NCBI GenBank assembly: GCA_034422235.1 | Contig: DAOUJU010000040.1 | Span: forward strand, 51,922-115,921 | Direction: 5' to 3' | DNA from: Anaerolineales bacterium | GTDB taxonomy: Bacteria > Chloroflexota > Anaerolineae > Caldilineales > Caldilineaceae | Length of the DNA stretch: 64,000 nucleotides | Shown: positions 49,888 through 58,753 of the stretch, in pieces | Layout: every line of letters begins with the position of its first letter | Numbering within the stretch: the first letter of the stretch is position 1 | Program-made: the position numbers and the translations under genes | The notes under the pieces: generated by a model | Told to the model about the DNA's origin: nothing | Seen by the model: only the letters and a program-made list of their open reading frames with translations | Databases searched by the model: none

Positions 49888-51111
49888 TAGTAGTGTGTCT
49901 GTCTTAGATTGATGGGTACAGTTTGCGCAGCTTGATACGCGCCTGGTCGGTGGTGAAGCGCCAGTCCACCGGCGCCCCGTGGGTATTGCGTTCCGTGTAC
50001 CACGCCTTCGTCTCCGCCACCAGGGTCTCCTCGTCCGGGATGCGCCGTTGCAGGCACTGGCGCTGCAGGACACTGTTTTCGATCTCGGCGATATTGAGCC
50101 AGCTGGCGTGCTTGGGGGTGTACACGAAGGTCAGTTTCTGCCGCAGCCGGTGGGCCGTGGCCGGGTTGAAGACATCATACAACACCCCCAGCTTGTGGGT
50201 GTTGAGATTGTCGCAGACCACGGTGATCTGGCGAGCGGTGGGGAAATGCTTGTCCACCAGGTCCTTGAGTACGAGCGCGAAGTCCACGCGCGTGCGGCGC
50301 GCCGTCACCTGCACCGTACGCCAGCCTACGAAAGGCGCCGTAATCATGAACAGATTGCGGGTCCCGTTACGTCGATACTCGTAGTCCTCTCGGGCCCCTT
50401 GGCCCGCGCACGGCGGTAGGGGCTCTCGGACCTGCTGATGCAGAGTCTTGCTGATTTCATCCACACACACCACCGGACGGTTGGGGTCCACCGGACGCTG
50501 ATAGGTGTCCAGCACCTGCTCCATGGCACAGACGAAGTCGCCATCGGGTTCGGTCTTCAGGCACCAGGTCTGCTTCTGCCAAGGCTTGCGTTCGTTTTTT
50601 TCAGTGTCTGGCGCACCGTTTCCCGGGCGATCGAGTCCACCACTGCCAGTGCCACCAGCTGGTCCGCCAGCAACCGCAGGCTCCACTCCTTCCGGCCCTT
50701 CGGCGGCGGCGAACAGGCCAACTCCATCAGCTTGGCTTCCCCCACCCCGTCCAGCCGTCGCGCCCGGCGCGGATGGTCCCTGGGGGCCGTGGCCAAGGCC
50801 CCGGGCAGCCCCTGCTGCGCCCACGCCTGCCGCGCCCGGGCCACCGTCCGCGCACTGATCTCCAGCCGCACCGCGGCCGCCACGTCGGTGTCACCCGGCC
50901 CGGCCGGGCCCTGATCCACCCGCAACAGGATTTGGGCGCGCAGACGTGTGAAAGCCTTCGGCTGGCCCGTCCGCACCACCCGGGCCAAATCCTCCCGTTC
51001 GGCGGTCGTTAGCGTGACGATATACTGTTTGGTGGCCATGAACCTGTTACCTTGTTGCCCGAGGGTCAGGCCCCTTAGTATACCAGACAAGGTAGGGCGG
51101 ACATAATACTA
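49888..51111 (-). mobile_element. IS630-family insertion sequence (copy A), intact, flanked by TA
   Basis: Imperfect terminal IRs: TAGTAGTGTGTCTGTC at 49888 versus the reverse complement of GGCGGACATAATACTA at 51096-51111, about 17/24 matches. TA at both ends. Noticeably GC-richer than the flanks. Confidence 0.75.
49904..51039 (-). CDS. IS630-family DDE transposase, two frames joined by a -1 shift at an A7 run
   Basis: ORFA is 51039-50557 (MATKQYIVTLTTAERE..., HTH). ORFB is 50824-49904 (VCVDE, VVCDNLNTH, WLNIAEIEN = D,D,E). The frames switch at AAAAAAA (T7 on the plus strand, 50595-50601): TLKK / NERKPWQKQ. Confidence 0.8.
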
Positions 51112-52241
51112 AGCGGTTCGCATGGACAAATCGTAAGATAGCTGTTATCCTGTCCGGTACGGTCTGCCACCTGTCATCCTTCGCGGAAATCCTATGCCTG
51201 CCCCCCTGCACGTGAAACTCTCCTCCCGCCAACGCCGGCGCCTGCGCGAGCTGCGCCACGATCCCGGCCTGAAACCCCGCGAACGGGACCGGGTGGAGAT
51301 GTATCTGCTGTCGGCCGACGGGCTGACGGTGCCCCAGCTGGCCCCCCACTTCGGGTATCAGGAGGCCACGTTGCGGCGCTGGATCCGGCAGTGGGAGGCA
51401 GAAGGCCTGAAGGCCATCCGCCACAAGCCCCTGGGGACCGGGCCCGACTGGGCGCGGCGCCAGCAGGTGCGGCGGGCCCTGAACGGGTTGCTGCGCCGGC
51501 AACGGACCTGGACGGCGGCCCAGTTGGCCGAAGCCCTGGCGGAGAAAGGCATCCTCATGCAGCCGCGCACCGTGCGCAAGTACCTGGGTCTCATGGGGGC
51601 CCGGTACCGGCGTACGAAGTACACCCTGCAGCCCAAGCAGGACCCGTCCCGGGTAGCCCAGGCGCGGGAGGCGCTCAAAGAGCTAAAAAAAAGTCCCGCG
51701 ACGGGGAACTCCAGCTCTTTTTCCTGGATGAATGCGGCTTCTCCCTGACATTGCCTCCCACCTATACCTGGTGTCGCCGCGGCCAGCGGCCCCTCGTCCC
51801 CCATGAGAGCCCCCAGGGGCAGCGCGTGAATGTCCTGGCCGCCCTCGCCGCCCCCGGGACGACGCCGGCCACCCCCCTGATCTGGTGGGCCGCCCCCTGG
51901 ACCTGGAAGAGCGAGCATCTCCTTACCTTCCTGCGTCTCACGCTGCCCCCGGGGGACGGGACCCGCCGCGTCGTGGTGCTGGATAATGCGTCCCACCATG
52001 GCAGCCGGGTCATCCGGGACGCCCAGCCGGACCTGAAGAAGCAGGGCATTGAGCTGTGGTATCTGCCCCCTTACGCGCCCGAACTGAACGACATTGAGCG
52101 GCGATTCCGGGACGCCAAGCACCAGGCCCTGCCGGTCCGTACCTACGCGACGGTCCGGCGCCTGACCGCCGCCATCCATACGGGGTTCCGTACCCTACAG
52201 AACCAAATTCTATCTGAACATTCGTCCATGCGAACCGCTTA
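51110..52241 (+). mobile_element. IS630-family insertion sequence (copy B, different sequence from A), intact, flanked by TA
   Basis: A perfect 16-bp IR: AGCGGTTCGCATGGAC at 51112-51127 and its reverse complement at 52224-52239. TA at 51110-51111 and 52240-52241. Confidence 0.85.
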
Positions 52242-52242
52242 G
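51194..52242 (+). CDS. IS630-family DDE transposase, two frames joined by a -1 shift at an A8 run
   Basis: ORFA is 51194-51748 (HTH region). ORFB runs to 52242 (FFLDECGF, VVLDNASHH, ELNDIERRF). The frames switch at A8 (51685-51692). The stop codon TAG uses the flanking TA. Confidence 0.8.
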
Positions 52243-52582
52243 AGGTGATAGGTCAGAGGCATGTCTGATTCTGCTCTTCTTGCCATCCTGCCAGCCTCAT
52301 TCGCATAAGTATTGTGACTATTCCGGCAAGGTACCCGAAGTGTAAGCTATACTTCATGATGTCTCTGTCGGCACACCCCGGATCCCTTCACCCCTGAGAA
52401 GAGATAGGGGCCATGGGTATTCCTGTCATCCTGAGTATGGTCCCACAAAGCTGTTCCCCCCAATAAGGTACGGGCCTATTTCCCGTCATAGTAGCTGCCC
52501 CCCGGAAAATGAGTAAGGGGGAGTGCAACCAGCAAAAGGAGAGGATTGCAGCTAGACAGAAGAATCTGGATGGAGAGGATGA

Positions 52583-53845
52583 ATGATCACACTGGTGGAA
52601 GCTCTGAACTACCGCTGTCTGCGCTATGTGCAAAGACCGCTGGCCCCATTTCATGTATTGGTCGGACCCAATGCTTCGGGCAAAACAACTTTTTTGGATG
52701 TCATAGGTTTTTTGCAGGACCTAGTATCCACCGGGCTGGATGAGGCTTGGTCGGAACGTAGCCACAACCCAGTCGATCTTTTCTTTCGGCAACAGTGCGG
52801 CCCCTTGGAACTGGCCGTCGAAGCCCAGATTCCAGATGAGCTACGTCAATTAACATCGAAGTGGGACAAGGTTCGGTATGAAGTTTCCCTTGACATTGAA
52901 CCCGAGCGGCAACAGTGCGCGTTCCAAGGAGAACGACTGTTGCTCAAGCAGACTGAGACGTGGGTCCCCCCCCAGCGTTCCCTTTTTCCCACAAAACCCA
53001 AGAGCCCGGATTCAGTGTTGACCAATATCCGGCGAAAAAACAACAAGATTGTGATTCACAAGGTGCAGAACGGAAACGACAATTTCTATAGCGAGACAGA
53101 GGAAGGTTCGGGTTGGGGTCGAACCCGATCATTTCGGCTTGGTTCGGATAAGTCAGCCCTGGGCAACCTGCCCGCGGACCATACTTCCTTTCCCGTGGCG
53201 ACTTGGTTTCGTGAATACCTAACCGCAGGAGTCCAGCGATTTACACTCAACAGTCTCATGATCAAGCCTCCTAGTCCTCCGACCCGGACTGTCGGATTCT
53301 GGCCCGACGGGTCAAATTTGCCCTGGGTTGTGGATCAGATGGAGCAAAAAAATCCCGAACGGTACCAAAGATGGATCCACCATCTACAGACGGCTCTGCC
53401 GGATCTGGTGAACATCACCACCTTCGAACGCCCGGAGGATCGACATCGCTACATGATCTATGAATATACGGGCGGTTTCAGGGTGCCTTCCTGGATGGTG
53501 TCCGATGGCACACTTCGGCTTACAGCCTTGACTTTGCTGGCCTATTTGACCGAGTCTTCATCACATCCCAGTATTTACCTGATCGAGGAACCCGAGAACG
53601 GCATCCATCCAAAAGCTGTGACCGCAGCATATGATTCCCTTTCCTCGGTTTATGAATCGCAGATATTACTGGCTACCCATTCTCCGCTCGTGTTGAACGA
53701 GGCACACATGGACCATGTGTTGTGCTTTGCCCTCAATGATGATGGTTCCACTGATATCGTTTCGGGTTCCGAACATCCCAAGCTGCAACAATGGCAAGAC
53801 ACCGCTGATTTGGGCACATTGCTCGCCGCGGGGGTCTTGGGATGA
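52583..53845 (+). CDS. ABC/SMC-like (AAA_21/AAA_15-type) ATPase
   Basis: 420 aa. Walker A GPNASGKTT, signature-like SDGTLRL, Walker B IYLIEEPENGIHP, H-loop LLATHSP. A long insert lies between Walker A and the signature, as in OLD/AbiL/PARIS-type ATPases. GGAGAGGA lies upstream of the ATG. Confidence 0.85.
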   Translation: MITLVEALNYRCLRYVQRPLAPFHVLVGPNASGKTTFLDVIGFLQDLVSTGLDEAWSERSHNPVDLFFRQQCGPLELAVEAQIPDELRQLTSKWDKVRYEVSLDIEPERQQCAFQGERLLLKQTETWVPPQRSLFPTKPKSPDSVLTNIRRKNNKIVIHKVQNGNDNFYSETEEGSGWGRTRSFRLGSDKSALGNLPADHTSFPVATWFREYLTAGVQRFTLNSLMIKPPSPPTRTVGFWPDGSNLPWVVDQMEQKNPERYQRWIHHLQTALPDLVNITTFERPEDRHRYMIYEYTGGFRVPSWMVSDGTLRLTALTLLAYLTESSSHPSIYLIEEPENGIHPKAVTAAYDSLSSVYESQILLATHSPLVLNEAHMDHVLCFALNDDGSTDIVSGSEHPKLQQWQDTADLGTLLAAGVLG

Positions 53846-54474
53846 ACCGCAAGGACCTTGTGGTGCTCGTTGCCGACAAAGATATGGAGCAGGCGCTGAA
53901 GGGGTTGTTGGTCAGGCCAGAAGCCTTGAACATTCGAGCCATCAGGGCAGATATATTTGTTCATCCACAGCACGATCCGGCCTGCGCGCAACATGGTGTG
54001 GCGTTTCTGTCCCGCTTTGCGGAACAGTATCACTATGGTCTTCTCATGTTTGACCACGAAGGAAGCGGCAGAGAGCCAATACCGATCCAGGAGTTGCAAG
54101 CTAAACTGAACCACAAGTTCCAGGATTCACCCTGGACAGACCGCGCCCGGGTTATCATACTGTCGCCTGAACTTGAGACTTGGGTATGGGCCGATTCGCC
54201 GCATGTTGACGATGTCATTGGTTGGAAGGGCAAGACGCCGACACTTCGTCAATGGCTGATCGCCCAAGGCTGGCTACAACAGGGACAGGCTAAGCCGGAT
54301 CGACCCAAAGAAGCCTTTGAGGCAGCTTTACGTGAGACCCGCACACCGCGCAGTTCATCCTTGTATCAGCAGATAGCGAATAGTGTTTCCCTGCGCCGGT
54401 GCCAAGATACCTCATTTCTGGAATTCCAGAACATTCTGAGGAATTGGTTTGGGAATTATATATCTTGTATATAA
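53842..54474 (+). CDS. Small partner protein, possibly Toprim-like (DUF4276/RloB-like), divergent
   Basis: 210 aa. ATGA overlap with the ATPase stop. Three strand-end acidic motifs: LVVLVADKDME, LLMFDHEGSG, ILSPELETWVWAD. The length and an LE(T/A)W-type motif resemble DUF4276/RloB partners of AAA_21 ATPases. Assignment is from memory of family patterns only. Confidence 0.5.
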   Translation: MNRKDLVVLVADKDMEQALKGLLVRPEALNIRAIRADIFVHPQHDPACAQHGVAFLSRFAEQYHYGLLMFDHEGSGREPIPIQELQAKLNHKFQDSPWTDRARVIILSPELETWVWADSPHVDDVIGWKGKTPTLRQWLIAQGWLQQGQAKPDRPKEAFEAALRETRTPRSSSLYQQIANSVSLRRCQDTSFLEFQNILRNWFGNYISCI

Positions 54475-54777
54475 ATCCCATTGGTTCCCGTAGAGAATAT
54501 CAGCCAATGCAGGGAATTGCGGGATGGGAGATAACGGCCGTAGCTTCCGCCAACTGGACCAGGTCCCATGATATGGCTCTGCATACTGGCACAGGCACTG
54601 CAGAGTGCGGAGTTAGGCGGCGACTCACGCAAGCTTGTCTTACAGGCGTAGTGTCCGAGCACATCCACACAGGAAAGTCGTGAGTGCTTGAGCCTGGCTT
54701 CCATGCTGTGACATCTAGGCCAGAATCAGCCCGGATCGTGGGTTTGTCTTTCACACCTGAAAATGTACCTGTATCCA

Positions 54778-54788
54778 GGGTTCATACC
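54778..54788. repeat. Target-site duplication (left copy), GGGTTCATACC
   Basis: An identical 11-mer at 56379-56389 directly flanks the other IR of the IS4-like element. Confidence 0.8.
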
Positions 54789-56378
54789 TTGACAGGTGTA
54801 TTTCTGCCGAGGCTCTGTGGGTAGTGCCGCATGTATGTAGTCAGATTTAACGATGGGCGGTACTGATGTATCCCGAGAGCGACGCGCGGGGCGGCAGCGG
54901 GGCCCTGACCGCGCGGGGTCCGGCCGCGGGCCGTCAGGGCGGTGCCGAGTTGGTCCCCCGCGGGCAGGGGTAGCCCTGCGACGGCCGGACCCCGGGCGCC
55001 GCAGGGAGAGGGAGAGGCAGAGGCGTCAGGCGCCGCGAGGTGACAGACAGCGCAGACCGGCCGTCTTGTCGGGCCCCGGCGTGGGTGACAGCCACACGCC
55101 GGTCCAGAGGCGACCGCGGGCCAGACCGTCGCGCAAGAGGATCAGGCCCTGGGAGAAGAGGCTGAGAGGACGCGGTCGTCGGGGGATTACCGGGTCGGGC
55201 GGTGGTCGACGCAGATGACGGGGCGCCACCCCCAAAGTGAGGGCATCCTCCTGGCGGGTGGCGTAGGCCAGGGCCAGCAGACAGGCCACGGCGATCACCC
55301 GCAGGTGGCGGGCCGTACGCGCGGGGTCCAGGCGCCGGGTCCGCGGCCAGCGCAGACCGCGGGTTTTCCACCCCCGGCAGTGCGGCTCAATCCCGTGGCG
55401 CCAGGCGTACAGGGAAGGATCCGTCTTCTGTGCCGGCGTGTTCGTGAGGAGGATCCAGGGTTTCGCACCGCCGGGATCATGCACCGCGACCAGGGTGCAC
55501 GGCCGGGGGTGGTCACGAAAGGCCTCACCCTCGCCTACCCCGTAGGTGCCTGGTCCCTGCCGCAGGTCTGTGACCGGCACCCGGGCCACGGCCCCCGCGG
55601 GCCGAAAGGTGAGGTGGGGCTGATAGCGCACGACGGGATGCCCGCCCAGATCCACGATCTGTTGCCACAGGTCGGGGCTGCTCAAGCCCTCGTCACAGAG
55701 GACATGAACGCGGGTCCCCGGCGGCACCGCCGGCGCCAGTTGCCGCCGCAGGCGCCGGAAGTGGGACATCCAGGGGTCCTGGGCCTGCGCCGGCACCACA
55801 TGCCAGGCCACCGGGAGCGCGTGGTGCCGGTAAAGCACACTAACCGTGAGGACCACCCATTCGTCCCGGCGGTGCGTCGGGTCCAGGGCCAACACCAGGT
55901 GGGAACACCGGCCTACCCACAGGCCGAGGATCCAGGTCAACCACGGGGGAAACAGCGGGGCCACCGCCCACTCCGTGTCCGGCCCCCACGAATCAATCCG
56001 GTCGCTATCGTCGTAGGTCAACTCCCGCCACTGACGACGAAGCGTGTGGCACTGGCCGTACCGTCCCCGCGACGCCGCCACCGTGTCCAGACAGACATTC
56101 CCGCCCCAGATTGTGCCCTCCACGAACAGCGCCAGGGCCTCCAGGACCCGGCCTGGCCATGACAGCCGTTTGGCCAACAGGGAGACCAGGGGATAGAATG
56201 TCGGACGTGGAAGCATGGCTACACGCAGAGAGTATGAGGTGGTGATGCACCTTTATCTTACCTGCGGGCCATGCTTTTTCGTCACCTGCGCCTGCACCTC
56301 CCCCTGGGTTTCCCCGCCAGGCTTCTCCTGCCCATGGGGGAACATATGTTCTGTCGTCATCAAAAATACACTTGTCAA
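54789..56378 (-). mobile_element. IS4-superfamily-like insertion sequence (about 1.59 kb), intact, strongly GC-rich
   Basis: Terminal IRs: TTGACAGGTGTATTT (54789-54803) and AAATACACTTGTCAA (56364-56378), 14/15 matches, extending imperfectly inward. Flanked by an 11-bp direct repeat. Confidence 0.8.
55026..56216 (-). CDS. DDE transposase (IS4/IS701-like)
   Basis: 396 aa. Candidate D,D,E residues: LVLALDPTH, VHVLCDEG, YAWRHGIEPHCRGWKTRG (Y-x2-R-x3-E-x6-K-like). Confidence 0.75.
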   Translation of the reverse strand: MLPRPTFYPLVSLLAKRLSWPGRVLEALALFVEGTIWGGNVCLDTVAASRGRYGQCHTLRRQWRELTYDDSDRIDSWGPDTEWAVAPLFPPWLTWILGLWVGRCSHLVLALDPTHRRDEWVVLTVSVLYRHHALPVAWHVVPAQAQDPWMSHFRRLRRQLAPAVPPGTRVHVLCDEGLSSPDLWQQIVDLGGHPVVRYQPHLTFRPAGAVARVPVTDLRQGPGTYGVGEGEAFRDHPRPCTLVAVHDPGGAKPWILLTNTPAQKTDPSLYAWRHGIEPHCRGWKTRGLRWPRTRRLDPARTARHLRVIAVACLLALAYATRQEDALTLGVAPRHLRRPPPDPVIPRRPRPLSLFSQGLILLRDGLARGRLWTGVWLSPTPGPDKTAGLRCLSPRGA

Positions 56379-56660
56379 GGGTTCATACCCGGAGGTGAGG
56401 GCGACGAGAGCTTTACCTACAGACTTAACGGATTTCAGCATTGTGCAGTCCAGCAAACGGTCGTATCCACGGGTGTCGATATGGACTGTCAACCCACCAT
56501 AGCGGCTCAGTTTGCTGAGAGGGACATTCCTCATCTGTCTCCAAGCCAGAGAGGAATCGGGAACTTTCCGCCAGGATTGATCCAGCGATAGTAATGGGAG
56601 CGCGATGTACAACAGGTGTACGGAGTCAGTTACTTTCCAGTATTGATGAATCTGTGCCAA
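56253..56660 (-). pseudogene. Small hypothetical ORF whose 3-prime end is interrupted by the IS4-like insertion
   Basis: The reading frame enters the IS at the TSD (..TSGYEP). Removing the IS restores ..SGYEPWIQVHFQV-stop at about 54750, a roughly 106-aa product. No recognisable domain, so coding status is itself uncertain. Confidence 0.3.
56379..56389. repeat. Target-site duplication (right copy), GGGTTCATACC
   Basis: See 54778-54788. Confidence 0.8.
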
Positions 56661-56855
56661 GAATAGCTAATCTCTTGTGTTCATGACACCACCCCATACT
56701 GTCCAGAACTGTTGCAAGAGAGCTGTCGATTTCTCCACAAGGCTAGCACTGACGAAAGGAGATTGCTTGGTGCACACCTAATTGCATGGGTATGCCTGAT
56801 TTGGCATGTCAGCCATGTGATTGACAATGTGGTATAAACGGCTTTTCTCCACTTC

Positions 56856-58142
56856 TTGCCATCAAATCACGTGTCTGATCTTCAAGAAATTTCGTTACAG
56901 ACGGCACGACGCCTAGCTATTCAGAAGCAAATCCTGGACGGCTCGGTTCTGCTTCAGGGCTCATCCACAGCAAAGGAAGCTATTCTGCAGGTTATGCAGA
57001 GACTGCGCTGTATCCAGATTGATCCGATTCGCGCCGTTGAGCGCACGGAGCTGCTGGTCCTGTGGAGTCGGCTTGGGTCATTCAATCCGTCCCATCTGCA
57101 TGAACTCCTGTTTAGGGACAAGAGCCTCTTTGAGGATTGGGCTCACTGTGCCTCTATCGTACATATGGATGATTATCCTCTGTTTCTTCACGGCAAACGG
57201 ACCTTTGTGGAAAAAGTCCGTCAGAAGCGTGTCCGTCTACAGGATTGGCTAGCCGACAATCCGCAGTTGCTGCATACCGTACGGTCACAACTGCGGGAGC
57301 AAGGTCCCTTGGCCACATCCGATTTTGTACTGGATGTACCCCATGTGCCCTGGCACTCCAGTGGCTGGTCCAGCGGCCGCAGTATCCCGCGCATTCTAGA
57401 CCATCTCTTCGCATGTGGTGAAGTCATGGTGGCCGATCGTCAGGGCAACCGCAAGGTATGGGATCTGACTTCCCGCTTTCTGCCCTGTCACGCCGATACC
57501 AGGGATATAGATGCCCGGGAAGTAAGCCGCATTGGATTGCAACACGCCATTAAGGCTCTGGGCATCGCTACACCTACCCAGATCCGGAACCATTTCATGC
57601 GCAAGGCCTACCCTCATGCCCAACCGATCCTGCAAGATCTGGTAGAGGAAGGCCTATTGCACCCTGTGCGGATACTGCTGCCAGAAGGAATCCCAACCCT
57701 GTCTGGAACCTGGTACATACATCGAGATGATATTCCCAGATTGGCGGAACTGGACCGAACTCCTGCAGTTGGCAGGACAGTCCTGCTTTCTCCCTTCGAT
57801 AACCTGATCTGTGATCGGACACGAACCCGCCAGCTCTTTGGCTTCAACTACACGATTGAAATCTATGTGCCTGTCAAGAAGCGCCAATATGGCTACTATG
57901 TACTCCCCATTCTGTCGGATGATAGCTTCCTGGGACGCATGGATGCCCGGATGGATCGAAAGACGGCTTCGTTCCATGTGCAGGCTCTTTACCTCGAACC
58001 AGGACGGGCTGAAGACCTGCACAAAGCCCAGGAACTGGCGGTCACTATTCAGGATTTAGCCGAATTCCTGGGAGCCTGTCACATCAGGTTAGGGCGCCGC
58101 ATGCCTGTGGCCTGGCGGCGCTCACTGGCCCGCTTTCTCTAG
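56856..58142 (+). CDS. Winged-helix DNA glycosylase, YcaQ/AlkZ family (DUF1006)
   Basis: 428 aa. RCIQIDPI, LFEDWAHCASI, SPFDNLICDRTRTRQLFGFNYTIEIYVPVKKRQYGYYVLPIL. Confidence 0.82.
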   Translation: MPSNHVSDLQEISLQTARRLAIQKQILDGSVLLQGSSTAKEAILQVMQRLRCIQIDPIRAVERTELLVLWSRLGSFNPSHLHELLFRDKSLFEDWAHCASIVHMDDYPLFLHGKRTFVEKVRQKRVRLQDWLADNPQLLHTVRSQLREQGPLATSDFVLDVPHVPWHSSGWSSGRSIPRILDHLFACGEVMVADRQGNRKVWDLTSRFLPCHADTRDIDAREVSRIGLQHAIKALGIATPTQIRNHFMRKAYPHAQPILQDLVEEGLLHPVRILLPEGIPTLSGTWYIHRDDIPRLAELDRTPAVGRTVLLSPFDNLICDRTRTRQLFGFNYTIEIYVPVKKRQYGYYVLPILSDDSFLGRMDARMDRKTASFHVQALYLEPGRAEDLHKAQELAVTIQDLAEFLGACHIRLGRRMPVAWRRSLARFL

Positions 58143-58221
58143 TGACAACAGGACTTCATACCTGACACATGGTGTGGTATAAAGGCATGTGAAGTCACTC
58201 CGCTGCAAGGAGAGGAATCCC

Positions 58222-58485
58222 ATGGTTCCAGAACACGAGGACGAAACACAGGTACAACCTCGGGTCGATGTAGATATCTATGAGGACCTGGAGTTGACAA
58301 TAGAAGAGTTGGCTTCCCTTACGGGGGGGGCACCAACATCCAAGATCCCGATAGCGGTATCACTTGCAGAGACGGGTCGGGAACCCGAATTGCCGCTTGC
58401 CTGTCGGGTTGTCGATATTGGCACCAGTATGCCCCAAAGTGATGGCAATTGGTTTGCCGGTGCCATAGGCCCTCTAAAGGGGTGA
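58222..58485 (+). CDS. Small acidic-leader protein with a double-glycine-like motif (hypothetical)
   Basis: The ATG at 58222 is preceded by AAGGAGAGG. 87 aa: MVPEHEDETQVQPRVDVDIYEDLELTIEELASLTGG-APTSKIP... Confidence 0.4.
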   Translation: MVPEHEDETQVQPRVDVDIYEDLELTIEELASLTGGAPTSKIPIAVSLAETGREPELPLACRVVDIGTSMPQSDGNWFAGAIGPLKG

Positions 58486-58753
58486 ACAGCACACTGCCAT
58501 AGCGCAGGTACCAGTCCTGTTGGGTCAGCTTGTACATTGGAGGCATCCGAATTGTTCTGGCTTGTCTGGCGAGAGGGTTGTTTGACTCTTCAGATCAGTA
58601 GGGAAAAGCAAGTTTCTACGAAGGTCGTAAGCTGGTTCTGGAGGCAGGAGAAGCTAAGGCTGCTGGCATCTGTGTCAACCGGGTGATCATGCCTTCGTGA
58701 GGCAGTTATCCAGCTCTCCGAGTCTCTGTTTTATATACAAGGAATTGAATGTC

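Noticed and set aside
54853-55218. 121-aa Arg/Gly-rich plus-strand ORF, and GCGCGGGG-type repeats.
   Set aside because: It lies inside the IS4-like element, downstream of and antisense to the transposase gene. The composition-driven ORF is in about 70% GC DNA and is not a CRISPR or coding feature.
49888-56389. Composite transposon carrying the ATPase/partner pair.
   Set aside because: The bracketing ISs belong to different families (IS630 versus IS4-like), each with its own target duplication. They cannot act as a matched pair, so independent insertions into a hotspot are more parsimonious.
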